Assembly: GCA_011364925.1 (NCBI GenBank) | Contig: RDOA01000033.1 | Coordinates: forward strand, 1-39,480 | DNA: 39,480 nucleotides | Direction: 5' to 3' | Source: Promethearchaeota archaeon | GTDB lineage: Archaea; Asgardarchaeota; Lokiarchaeia; Sigyniarchaeales; SOKP01 | Shown: one piece after another, positions 1 to 9,370 of the stretch | Position numbering within the stretch: position 1 is the stretch's first letter | Layout: each line of letters opens with the position of its first letter | The notes under the pieces: generated by a model | What the model was told of the DNA's origin: nothing | The model's input: only the letters and a program-made list of their open reading frames with translations | Database searches by the model: none | Made by a program: the position numbers and the translations under genes

Positions 1-102
1 GTTTTTGCGCAAATCTTCTTTAACTTCGAAAATCTTCTCTTTTTCCCATTTGTTCTGCCATTTTTTCTCGATTTTTTGAAAATCGTATTCGTTATTAACC
101 AT
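1..102 (-). CDS. leuS: Leucyl-tRNA synthetase, N-terminal fragment (runs off the window start)
   Basis: Manual translation from ATG at 102 gives MVNNEYDFQKIEKKWQNKWEKEKIFEVKEDLRKN. This matches the class Ia Y-x-F-x-x-IEKKWQ-x-x-W N-terminus typical of LeuRS; ValRS is less likely. Not in the ORF track because it is truncated. Confidence 0.75.
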   Translation of the reverse strand, partial: MVNNEYDFQKIEKKWQNKWEKEKIFEVKEDLRKN

Positions 103-234
103 TATTCTTCAAATTCAATGTTTTATATCGACTATTAAAATATAAACATGAATAATTTAAACAATAAATTTTTTTTGAATTAAGGTATTTTCTTCATCAA
201 AAAGGTATTCCCCACTACAGCTTTTATTCTAAGT

Positions 235-1242
235 ATGACAGTAAATAAGATTAGAGTGTCGATTGGGAGCGCATCTGTGCTTGGGTTATATGAAAGCGAG
301 AGGTTTAAAGACATTCCTACTACTTGCTATTTAATGACATATAAAGAGGGGCACTGTGTAGCAAATTGTGGTTTTTGTCCTCAAGCAAGAGAATCAGAGA
401 GTTCAATCGAATTACTTTCTCGCGTGAATTGGCCAATTTTCTCGTTACAAGAGGTCTTAACAAAATTGAAGTATTTGCCACCTAGCAAAAGGTTTAAAAG
501 AATTTGCATCCAAACTCTTAATTATCCTCGAAATTTTCACGATCTCATTGAAATAGTTTCTCAAATTAAAAAAAATAGCGAAATTCCAATATCAATAGCA
601 ATCCCTCCAATGTCTCAAGAAAAATTAAGTCAACTCAAACTAATTGGAGTTGAAAGAGTTGGGATAGCTCTTGATGCAGCGACATCCGAAATTTTTGAGA
701 AGGTAAAAGGAAAGGAAGTTAAAAATCCTTATAGATGGGAAACACACTTAGAAAATCTTAAAGAAGCATTAAAGATTTTTGGGGAAAGTCTTGTTACAAC
801 ACATTTGATTGTAGGTCTAGGAGAAACCCCAAAAGAGATTTTAGAGTTAATTAGTGATCTTCACGAACTTAAAATTAAAGTAAGTTTGTTTGCGTTTATG
901 CCAATTAAGGGGACAAAACTTGCGGACTTACGACAACCAGACTTATTAAATTTTAGGAAAATACAATTGGGGCGATATTTACTTATAAATAAGCTCAAAA
1001 GCCTTCGGGATTTTACGTTCAGTAGTAATGGTGATATCGTTAAATTCAATTTAAATGAAAAAGAATTATGGAATTTGGTAAACGATTCAAATGCATTTTT
1101 AACTTCAGGTTGTTCTGGTTGCAACCGTCCATATTATACATCAAAACCTTCAGGACCAATTTATAATTACCCAAGAAAGCTTTCTAATAATGAGAAAGAG
1201 GAAATTTTTGAGAGTTTAATTAATCTTGTAAAAAATAGTTAA
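235..1242 (+). CDS. lipS2: Radical SAM lipoyl synthase subunit LipS2-type
   Basis: CxxxCxxC motif (CVANCGFC); C-terminal TSGCSGCNRP is close to the TxGCPxC(N/D)RP signature of archaeal LipS2; adjacent to a lipoyl ligase-family gene and a LipS1-type gene. Confidence 0.85.
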   Translation: MTVNKIRVSIGSASVLGLYESERFKDIPTTCYLMTYKEGHCVANCGFCPQARESESSIELLSRVNWPIFSLQEVLTKLKYLPPSKRFKRICIQTLNYPRNFHDLIEIVSQIKKNSEIPISIAIPPMSQEKLSQLKLIGVERVGIALDAATSEIFEKVKGKEVKNPYRWETHLENLKEALKIFGESLVTTHLIVGLGETPKEILELISDLHELKIKVSLFAFMPIKGTKLADLRQPDLLNFRKIQLGRYLLINKLKSLRDFTFSSNGDIVKFNLNEKELWNLVNDSNAFLTSGCSGCNRPYYTSKPSGPIYNYPRKLSNNEKEEIFESLINLVKNS

Positions 1243-2033
1243 TGTCTGAAAAAAATATGGAGTGGAGATTTCTCCCTCTCGAGACCAGGAATGGATATTG
1301 GAACATGGCATTAGATGAAGCTATCTTGGAAACAGTAATAAAGCACGAAGCTCCTTCTACGCTTAGATTATTTAAATGGGATCCATCCACAGTGTCAATT
1401 GGAAGAAATCAAAGTCTTTCTGGGGAGGTTAACATTGAGTTCGCTAAAGAAAATGGGTTTAGTATAGTTAGGAGGATTACAGGGGGAGGAGCAGTGTTCC
1501 ACGACAATCTTCGCGAAATTACTTACTCCATTGTATGTCCTACGAAATTTTTAGAAAAACTTAATGCAAAGAATGTGCGTGAACAATTTGAAAAAATTGA
1601 AGCTGGGATTATTTTAGCTTTACAGTATTATGGATTAGAACCGGAACAGGGTGTAATACATTGTCCTGCTATTTTTTTAGACGGAAAAAAGTTTTCTGGA
1701 AACGCTCAAGTTAGAAAGAAAGGCTATATCTTACAGCATGGAACTATTTTACTAGAACTCGACCCAGAACTTATGTATTCCGTTTTAAAGGCACCTTATA
1801 ATGTAGGCAAGGCAAAGATGGTACAATCTGTTTATGCTAAGTGTATAGGCATAAAGGACAAGTTAGAATATTATAATGAAGTTGATTTTATTAAATCTTT
1901 GAAAAAGGGATTTGAATCAAGTTTAAGTATTAAATTAAAGGATGGAATTCTAACCGAGAATGAACTAAATCTAGCTGAAAAGCTTGCTTTAACAAAATAC
2001 TCAAGTAGTGAATGGTTAAAGAAATATGAGTGA
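1242..2033 (+). CDS. Lipoate-protein ligase / octanoyltransferase family protein (BPL_LplA_LipB catalytic domain only)
   Basis: Motifs NMALDEA, LRLFKW, RRITGGGAVFHD, GKKFSGNAQ and LQHGT. No C-terminal LplB accessory domain. Start overlaps the lipS2 stop (TAATG). Confidence 0.9.
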   Translation: MSEKNMEWRFLPLETRNGYWNMALDEAILETVIKHEAPSTLRLFKWDPSTVSIGRNQSLSGEVNIEFAKENGFSIVRRITGGGAVFHDNLREITYSIVCPTKFLEKLNAKNVREQFEKIEAGIILALQYYGLEPEQGVIHCPAIFLDGKKFSGNAQVRKKGYILQHGTILLELDPELMYSVLKAPYNVGKAKMVQSVYAKCIGIKDKLEYYNEVDFIKSLKKGFESSLSIKLKDGILTENELNLAEKLALTKYSSSEWLKKYE

Positions 2034-3075
2034 TAATGAAAAACTACTAGAGAAATTTGAATCTGGTAATCAAACATGGTCAGATTATGAAAAATTTCTA
2101 AATCTTAACATAGATGAATTAGAACCCTTTTTAAAGCAAGCATATACAATTAAGAAAAGAAATTTCGGAAATCTTCTCAAAATCTATGTTCCTAATAAAA
2201 GGTTTCCAGCAGTGAGTATTACAGGGAGTGATTGTTCGTTGCATTGCGAACATTGTAACAAGAAATATCTTGATGGAATGACCCCAATTTTAAACAATAG
2301 TGAATTAAAAAAATATTTAATGGAATTACATAATAGTGGTGGAATTGGTATTCTGCTTTCAGGGGGTTGTCTACCAGATGGCTCAGTTCCCTTATTAAAC
2401 TATTTAGATTCGATAAAAGTGATAAAACAAAAAACAAATTTAATAATAAATGCTCATACTGGTTTACTTAATGAGGAAACTGCTAGAAAACTAGCAGAAG
2501 TTGGTGTTGATATTGTTTCATTTGATATTAATATGGACGAAGATATAATTAAAGAGATCTATCATCTAGATAGAAATTTAGACGATTACAAAAAATCAAT
2601 CGATATCTTGTTAGAGTACGGAATAAATGTAGTGCCTCACATTTGTATCGGATTGTATTATGGAAAACTCCATAAGGAGCTAGAATCAATAAAATTTGTA
2701 AAAGAATCAAGATTAAATCCCTCTTTAATCGTTTTAATTGCTTTAATTCCCCCAAAAGATGCTAAAACCAAATTCGACAGACCAGAACCACAAGATATCG
2801 CTAAAATTATCTCCTCCATTAGATTTGCGTTTCCTAATACAGAAATCTCTTTGGGTTGTATGAGGCCAAGAGGAAATGTCAAAGTTGAGATAGAAAAATA
2901 TGCGATTAAATCAGGTATTAATAGGATTGAGATACCTTCAAAGAACACTTTAAAGTGGGCCAAAGAGAGAGATCCAAACATAAAGTACAAATTTTTTTCC
3001 GCTTGTTGCGCAATACCAAACGAATTTGAAAAATTCGCCCTAAGTAAAGATTCAGATTTAAAAAAATATATATAA
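2026..3075 (+). CDS. lipS1: Radical SAM lipoyl synthase subunit LipS1-type
   Basis: SITGSDCSLHCEHC (CxxxCxxC), LLSGG, VVPHI, plus the LipS1 signature motifs GCMR and C-terminal CC (SACCA). Overlaps the upstream gene by 8 nt. Confidence 0.85.
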   Translation: MSDNEKLLEKFESGNQTWSDYEKFLNLNIDELEPFLKQAYTIKKRNFGNLLKIYVPNKRFPAVSITGSDCSLHCEHCNKKYLDGMTPILNNSELKKYLMELHNSGGIGILLSGGCLPDGSVPLLNYLDSIKVIKQKTNLIINAHTGLLNEETARKLAEVGVDIVSFDINMDEDIIKEIYHLDRNLDDYKKSIDILLEYGINVVPHICIGLYYGKLHKELESIKFVKESRLNPSLIVLIALIPPKDAKTKFDRPEPQDIAKIISSIRFAFPNTEISLGCMRPRGNVKVEIEKYAIKSGINRIEIPSKNTLKWAKERDPNIKYKFFSACCAIPNEFEKFALSKDSDLKKYI

Positions 3076-3103
3076 AATTTACATAAATATCCCTGCGAGA
3101 AAA

Positions 3104-4507
3104 ATGAATAATAACATAAGTTTGATCGGATTAGAAAATATTCCCATTATAAAACCAGGTGATGATCTCCCATCGATTATTTACAATGCTTTAAATGAAA
3201 ATCAAATGTCTTTACAGAATGGAGATATCTTAGTTATAGCTCAAACAGTAGTTTCAAAAAGTCTCGGAAGAATTAAAAATCTAAATGATATCACGCCCAG
3301 CCAAGAAGCTATTGATATATATGAAAAAATGGCGCCTTTGATTGAAAAAAGTGGTTTACCCTCAAAATCTCCAGAGTTAATACAAAGTATACTCGATGAA
3401 TCGAAAGAGGTAATAAAAACAGAACAAGTCATGATTGTTGAAACTCATCATGGCTTTATATGCGCCAATGCGGGAATCGATCAATCAAATGTGGGAGGAG
3501 GTGGCTTAATAACATTATTACCTATCGATTCTGATAAAGAAGCTGAAAAGATTAGAAGTTCCCTTCAAAAATTAACTGGAAAAAGAATTGCCATAATAGT
3601 ATCTGATTCGTTTGGAAGAGCTTTCAGAATTGGAGCCGTCGGAGTGGCATTAGGTGTATCAGGATTAAGTCCAATTCTGGATAAAAGAGGGAGTAAAGAT
3701 CTTTATGGGAAAGAACTACAAAGCACGATTGTTGGTCAAATTGATAATTTAGCGTCCTCGGCTCAATTGATCATGGGAGAAGCGGATGAAGGCATACCAG
3801 TTGTATTAATAAGAGGATATAATTACGCTTTTGAGGAGAATGTATCCATTAAACAAATTTTAAGAGAAAAAAAGGCTGATTTGTTTAGAAAAGAAAGAGA
3901 TCCAAAAGATCTCGAAGATATTTTGAAAGCTCGTAGGAGTTATAAGTTCAGGTTTAGTGATAAAAAAGTGAATAAAAATTTGATAGAAGAGAGCATAGAG
4001 TTAGCTCGTTGGGCACCAAGTGCTCATAATGGTCAATTTTGGCGTTATATCATAATAGAAAGGGGAAAATCCCGTGAAAATCTAATCAAAAATATGAACA
4101 ATAAATTAAAAGATGATTTACAAGGAGATGGAAAATCGGAAGAATTTATTCGCAAAAAAGTTGAAAAAACCAAAACTAACTTTTTGGATGCTCCTTATTT
4201 AATTCTTCTTTGTTTAGACGATAAAGACTTAGAGAGATATTCAGACAAAACTCGGATAAAATACGAATTTATAATGGGAGTACAAAGTGTTAGTGCTTCA
4301 GCAACTTACTTACTCCTTGCTTTTGAAATAAAAGGATTATCTGCATGCTGGTATTGTGCCCCATTATTTGCTAAGGATATTATTACGAAAACATTGAACT
4401 TGCCTGATTCCTATATTCCAATGGCATTTTTTACAGTAGGTTATTCAATTAAGAAGACACCAAAACCAAAACGTAAGGACTTGAATGAAATAATTTTCAA
4501 TGTATAA
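3104..4507 (+). CDS. cofE: Coenzyme F420-0:L-glutamate ligase fused to a C-terminal FMN nitroreductase domain (FbiB-type)
   Basis: N-terminal CofE motifs IPIIKPGDDL, VVSKSLGR, CANAGIDQSN, DSFGRAFR and MGEADEGIPVV; C-terminal nitroreductase motifs ARRSY and WAPSAHNGQFWRY. Confidence 0.92.
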   Translation: MNNNISLIGLENIPIIKPGDDLPSIIYNALNENQMSLQNGDILVIAQTVVSKSLGRIKNLNDITPSQEAIDIYEKMAPLIEKSGLPSKSPELIQSILDESKEVIKTEQVMIVETHHGFICANAGIDQSNVGGGGLITLLPIDSDKEAEKIRSSLQKLTGKRIAIIVSDSFGRAFRIGAVGVALGVSGLSPILDKRGSKDLYGKELQSTIVGQIDNLASSAQLIMGEADEGIPVVLIRGYNYAFEENVSIKQILREKKADLFRKERDPKDLEDILKARRSYKFRFSDKKVNKNLIEESIELARWAPSAHNGQFWRYIIIERGKSRENLIKNMNNKLKDDLQGDGKSEEFIRKKVEKTKTNFLDAPYLILLCLDDKDLERYSDKTRIKYEFIMGVQSVSASATYLLLAFEIKGLSACWYCAPLFAKDIITKTLNLPDSYIPMAFFTVGYSIKKTPKPKRKDLNEIIFNV

Positions 4508-4529
4508 TTAATGGATTTCATGAGGAATA

Positions 4530-5465
4530 ATGAGCAATAACTATTACTTAATTCTTGCTGGAGGAGTGGGTGCAGCAAAATTCATCGAAGGTCTTGCCAA
4601 TGTAGTCGACCCATCTCTGTTAAAGATTGTCATTAATACTGGTGATGATATTGAATTGTATGGTCTGAAAATTTGCCCCGATATCGATATAATTACTTAT
4701 ACCTTAGCAAATATAATTGATAAGCAGAAGGGTTGGGGCGTTCAAGATGAATCCTTTAATTGTTTAAATGCTTTAACAAAATTTTACGACTTTAAGTGGT
4801 TTAACCTAGGGGACAAAGATTTAGCAACTCACATCTTTCGAACTGATTTATTTAAGAAAGGTTATAATAAAACAGAAATTACATCGATAATTTGTAAAAG
4901 GTTAGGAATTAAATCTCAACTTATTCCAATGAGTAATGATGATGTTCAAACGTTTATTAGAACAAAAACAGAGACAATGCATTTTGAGAAATATTATATT
5001 AAATATCAATGCGAACCTGATGTATTAGAAATATCAATTCATGGCATAGACAAAGCAAAACCAGAAAAACATATTATTGAATATATAAAAGGAGCAAAAA
5101 AAATAATAATTTGCCCGTCGAATCCAATAGTGTCGATAGGGACAATATTAGGGTTATATGGGATTAAAAATGCTTTAAAAAAAGTAAAGCATAAAGTTAT
5201 TGGTATTAGTCCTATTATTGAAGGCGCAACGGTAAAAGGTCCGGCAGATAAATTAATGAAATGTCTTGGATTAGAAGTTTCTTGTATAGGAGTAGCGAAT
5301 TATTACAAAGAAATTTTAAGTCACTTTGTTATTGATAATAGAGACGGTGAATCAAAACCAGAAATTGAGGATTTAGGGATACATACTTACTGCTATGATA
5401 CACTAATGGATTCTATAGAAAAAAAGAAAGCTCTTGCTCAATTTGTTATTAATATTGAAGTTTAA
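4530..5465 (+). CDS. cofD: 2-phospho-L-lactate/phosphoenolpyruvate transferase CofD (FbiA)
   Basis: Motifs LAGGVGAAKF, NTGDD, ICPDID, WFNLGDKDLATH, PSNPIVSIG and GPADKLM; adjacent to cofE. Confidence 0.95.
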   Translation: MSNNYYLILAGGVGAAKFIEGLANVVDPSLLKIVINTGDDIELYGLKICPDIDIITYTLANIIDKQKGWGVQDESFNCLNALTKFYDFKWFNLGDKDLATHIFRTDLFKKGYNKTEITSIICKRLGIKSQLIPMSNDDVQTFIRTKTETMHFEKYYIKYQCEPDVLEISIHGIDKAKPEKHIIEYIKGAKKIIICPSNPIVSIGTILGLYGIKNALKKVKHKVIGISPIIEGATVKGPADKLMKCLGLEVSCIGVANYYKEILSHFVIDNRDGESKPEIEDLGIHTYCYDTLMDSIEKKKALAQFVINIEV

Positions 5466-5482
5466 CTCTTAAATCTAAAAAT

Positions 5483-6931
5483 TTATGTTGCTGTCTCTTG
5501 AATTTCAACTTCCTTTTCTTTTTCTTCTTCTACTTCTTCTTTTTTAACGTAATCTCCAACTGATGCTAATATCTCTTTAATTCTTCCTTCTTGTTGAAGT
5601 CGGATAATTAAATTTCTATGTTTTATTGAAGCAATAACCTTTGAGATTACCGGAAATAGAAGTATTAATGGGATTAATAAGATTATAATTACTTCTGGTG
5701 AATACATCGCAACACTCTCTGTGATCGCTGGAGGTAAACTGAAAACATGTTCCATAAACCATTTGGGATGAATTATTATGAAACTAATTATTACTAATAA
5801 ACCAAACCGAAAAATAAAATTCGTCGCCGTAGATGTCAGAAGACTTCTTGGCCTGGGTGCAGATGATCGAGCAGTTATAGTATCACGAGCTTCAGAATCC
5901 TCTCGAAACAGTTGATCTATATATCTTCCAAGTCTTCTGGTTTTTGAGGCAGCTGTTATCAATTTTTTTTCTTCTTCCTCTAATTTTCTTCTCTCAATCA
6001 TTTCCTTGACAAAAGAAAAAGTTTCCCCTGTTTTTGCGAAGAACTTACCGATCGTTGCTTTGTCTTCGATTTTTAGTTCTTGTCTTCTTGCCTTAGCTTC
6101 TTCCTTTATTTTGTCAACATTTGCAGTTATATAATGAGATTCGCTCTCCAATACGAGCAATTGAGCTTCTAATCTCAATCTTCTCTCTAAAGATGGTTTG
6201 GTAACTGTGTAAGTATAATTTATTTGAAACGCTAACTCTAAATACATATATGACGCAATAGCAAGAAGAATTACTGGACTACCGAAAAATTGAAAGATAT
6301 TATCGATAGGTATCTGTTTTAATGAGGGATCAAGCGGATCAGGTAGATTTTCCAAATCTGGTAGGGTTATATAAAAAAGTTTCAGCATATCTCTAAGCCC
6401 AAAAACCATTAGAGGAATTACCAGCATGAGTACAATAGAACCAATAACAATGATATCGCTTTTAGGGTCTGTTTTTAGAAATGCTTTGATTGCATAGATT
6501 ATAGCAATTATAAAAAGAATTTGAAATGCGAATAAATACAGGTTCTCACTAAATACTGTAAATTCTTGGCCGATATAATAAGGAAGGTCTAAAAATTTTG
6601 GTGTTTCCCCACCAGGGACATTAGGGAATGTAAACCATAAATTAAAAAGCTGTCTGAAGAAATCATCTACTAAAGTAAATAAATCTAGTGAAGCGGCAGA
6701 AAATAGAAGTGAGATGATAAATGCACAACCAATCGCAATGCTATATGCTACACCAAATACGATGTAAGTTGCAATATTTTTTAAACTATTGAAAAACGCT
6801 AGTATAGCGAGTTCTCCATCAGATGTAGTTAGAACAGTATCGAAATGAAATATTGAGAGGAAAATGAAGAGAATCCAGACAAAAATCAAGACATTTATTA
6901 TCTTTAAAACTAAAATATAATTTCTTGCCAT
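5483..6931 (-). CDS. Uncharacterised polytopic membrane protein (~7 TM) with a large charged helical loop; last gene of the MoxR cluster
   Basis: 482 aa ORF with about seven hydrophobic segments and a ~130 aa charged helical loop (LERRLRLEAQ...ERRKLEEEEKK); starts 2 nt after the DUF58 gene stop. Confidence 0.8.
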   Translation of the reverse strand: MARNYILVLKIINVLIFVWILFIFLSIFHFDTVLTTSDGELAILAFFNSLKNIATYIVFGVAYSIAIGCAFIISLLFSAASLDLFTLVDDFFRQLFNLWFTFPNVPGGETPKFLDLPYYIGQEFTVFSENLYLFAFQILFIIAIIYAIKAFLKTDPKSDIIVIGSIVLMLVIPLMVFGLRDMLKLFYITLPDLENLPDPLDPSLKQIPIDNIFQFFGSPVILLAIASYMYLELAFQINYTYTVTKPSLERRLRLEAQLLVLESESHYITANVDKIKEEAKARRQELKIEDKATIGKFFAKTGETFSFVKEMIERRKLEEEEKKLITAASKTRRLGRYIDQLFREDSEARDTITARSSAPRPRSLLTSTATNFIFRFGLLVIISFIIIHPKWFMEHVFSLPPAITESVAMYSPEVIIILLIPLILLFPVISKVIASIKHRNLIIRLQQEGRIKEILASVGDYVKKEEVEEEKEKEVEIQETAT

Positions 6932-6933
6932 TT

Positions 6934-8262
6934 CTAATATGCACTCCCCTTCTTTTTAGCTTCCATATAATTACCTAATACTTGATTCATCATATCATCT
7001 GGACCAACAGTTATAATGTTCACTCCAAGATTTCTTACCTCCTGTTTAACACTGATGATGTGTTCCATCATTTCTTCACTAATTGCTTCTGCAAGTGCTT
7101 TATCTGTTGACGAAAGATCAATTTCATGAATTTCGAACCAAGGACTGAAAGGATTAATTATTATTACTGTATGATTGAATGGGATTAGCTTTCTAATTGC
7201 TTGACCGATCTCTTTTGGACCCGCTTCTAAATCTGATATTATAAAAATTAAACTACGTTTTTGATATCGCCTATTCAGAAAGTCCATAGCCTCTACAAAG
7301 CGGGATTTTCCTTGTGGTTTAACTTTAGCAACAAAATCTAATACTTGATAAAAGTGATCTTCTCCGCTACCTGGTTTTAGGAAATTAAAATTCTTTTTAT
7401 CTGAGTACGTAAACACACCTACTTTATCTTTCCGAGACAAAGCAACTTTTGTTAATAGCATACAAGCTCTGATTGCAAACTCAAATTTAGTGTTTTCTAT
7501 CGCTCCTCCTGCCATTGAATTTGACGAATCAACTAAAATCATAACAGAAACATCTCTTTCGCTTTCAAATTCCTTTACGATTAATTTTTGAGATCGCGCA
7601 CTCGCTTTCCAATCAATTAATCTAAATTGATCTCCGAATACATATTGTCTCATGCCATAAAATTCTGATCCAAGTCCCTTTTGTTTTGACCTTTGTAGGC
7701 CATAATTTTGACTCAACGACCTTTTAGATCCCAAAATTTCTATACGTTTTATGTCTTCGTAAGGTGGATAAACCAGAATGTCAGACACACTATCAGGTAC
7801 AACTCTTTCAACTGAGTTAAAGCCAAGTCTATCTTTAACTATTAAAGATAGAGGACCTAAAGGATATTCTCCCCTGACTTTCGGTTCTAGAATATAACTG
7901 AATTTTATCTGATTCCTAGGTCCTATTCTTGTTGTTATGAAATTTTCTCCTAAAACCAATCTAAATAGTTCTGGATTGTAATAATCTCGAATTTCTAGAA
8001 AATCAAAGCTATTTTTACCCGAGTTCTCAACAACAACCTTTACATGAACAAAGTCATCTTTAAAAACTTTTTCTTTTTCAAGTTCTCTATGAACGCGCAG
8101 TTCTTCTATGTTCATCTGGTAATAGAATAGAGGTAGGCTTACAACAGTACTAAATATTAAGAGAATTGCAAAATAAATTAGGAAGTAATTTTCAAATGCA
8201 AATCCGGCTGTCAGAAAAAAAACTGAGAATAACACTAATGTTCTTCCTTTTCCTCCTAACAT
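6934..8262 (-). CDS. DUF58/VWA-domain protein (MoxR partner) with N-terminal TM hairpin and Ig-like domain
   Basis: DUF58 motif GSEFYGMRQYVFGD...IDWKASAR...KEFESE; MIDAS motif DSSNS and later ISD; two N-terminal TM helices. Confidence 0.9.
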   Translation of the reverse strand: MLGGKGRTLVLFSVFFLTAGFAFENYFLIYFAILLIFSTVVSLPLFYYQMNIEELRVHRELEKEKVFKDDFVHVKVVVENSGKNSFDFLEIRDYYNPELFRLVLGENFITTRIGPRNQIKFSYILEPKVRGEYPLGPLSLIVKDRLGFNSVERVVPDSVSDILVYPPYEDIKRIEILGSKRSLSQNYGLQRSKQKGLGSEFYGMRQYVFGDQFRLIDWKASARSQKLIVKEFESERDVSVMILVDSSNSMAGGAIENTKFEFAIRACMLLTKVALSRKDKVGVFTYSDKKNFNFLKPGSGEDHFYQVLDFVAKVKPQGKSRFVEAMDFLNRRYQKRSLIFIISDLEAGPKEIGQAIRKLIPFNHTVIIINPFSPWFEIHEIDLSSTDKALAEAISEEMMEHIISVKQEVRNLGVNIITVGPDDMMNQVLGNYMEAKKKGSAY

Positions 8263-8320
8263 AATTTATTCATTCCTCTTATATTTAGACTTTTTTCCAT
8301 TGATATTTTAAAAAAATACT

Positions 8321-9301
8321 TTAGATAGGAATTGGAATATCTTCGATGATGTTCTTAATCACCGTCTTAACATCAAGACCTTCAAGTTCAGCTTCCGGTT
8401 TTAACAAAATTCGATGGTTCAATGCGGGGACAACTAGCGCTCGCACATCGTCTGGAGTTACATAAACTCTTCCAAGGATTGCAGCTCTTGCTTTCGAACA
8501 CTTCATCAAGACTAGAGATGCTCGTGGACCACAACCAAGAGCAACTTGAGGGTGGTTTCGAGTCTTTAAGATTATATCTCTAATGTATTTTAGTATTCTA
8601 TCATCTATGTAAACCATATTCATTAATTTTTGTGCCGCTAGTAACTCTTCCCCACTAGTTATTGATTCTACGGAAGGAGAATCACCAGAAATCTGCCGTC
8701 TCATTATATCCACTTCCTCTTCTTTTTCAGGGTAATCCAACCAGAGCTTCATAATGAATCGATCTAGTTGTGCTTCTGGTAGAGGATAAGTACCCTCCAT
8801 TTCAACAGGATTTTCTGTTGCGATGACCATGAAAGGTTTTTGAAGAGGAAGCGTTTCACCTTCAATTGTTATTTGTCGTTCAGCCATAGCTTCGAGAAGA
8901 GCTGCTTGAGTTTTGGGAGCACTCCTATTTATTTCGTCTGCTAAGACAATATTTGCAAATAATGGGCCTCTTTGAAGCACAAATGCACCCTCGTTTTGAT
9001 CAAAGATTTTAGTTCCCGTAATATCTGCAGGTAGCAAATCTGGAGTAAATTGTACTCTTCTAAAAGAGATTCCGAGAGTTTTTGCGAAAGTTTTTGCCAT
9101 AACTGTTTTTCCTAAACCAGGCACTCCTTCAAGAAGGACATGCCCATTAACTAATAATGCGATGAAAAGTTGCTGTAAGATATCTCCATATCCCACTATA
9201 ACACGGCTTACTTCTGAGAGAACTTCTTGTGCTATTTCTCTAATGGGCTCTACATTTATTTGTTCCATATCGTAGTATTTTGCTTTATTTGGGGTTTCCA
9301 T
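8321..9301 (-). CDS. moxR: MoxR-family AAA+ ATPase
   Basis: GHVLLEGVPGLGKT (Walker A), RVQFTPDLLPADITG, LADEINR (Walker B), ATENPVEMEGTYPLPEAQLDRF. Confidence 0.96.
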   Translation of the reverse strand: METPNKAKYYDMEQINVEPIREIAQEVLSEVSRVIVGYGDILQQLFIALLVNGHVLLEGVPGLGKTVMAKTFAKTLGISFRRVQFTPDLLPADITGTKIFDQNEGAFVLQRGPLFANIVLADEINRSAPKTQAALLEAMAERQITIEGETLPLQKPFMVIATENPVEMEGTYPLPEAQLDRFIMKLWLDYPEKEEEVDIMRRQISGDSPSVESITSGEELLAAQKLMNMVYIDDRILKYIRDIILKTRNHPQVALGCGPRASLVLMKCSKARAAILGRVYVTPDDVRALVVPALNHRILLKPEAELEGLDVKTVIKNIIEDIPIPI

Positions 9302-9370
9302 TAATTATCACATCTTTTATTTTTTATTTTTTTTGATTAATTTAATTTTAATTGATTATTTTGATTGTGT

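Noticed and set aside
8310-8316. T7 tract on the coding strand just after the moxR stop, as an internal terminator
   Set aside because: Such tracts are frequent in this AT-rich DNA and cannot be told from chance without transcript data.
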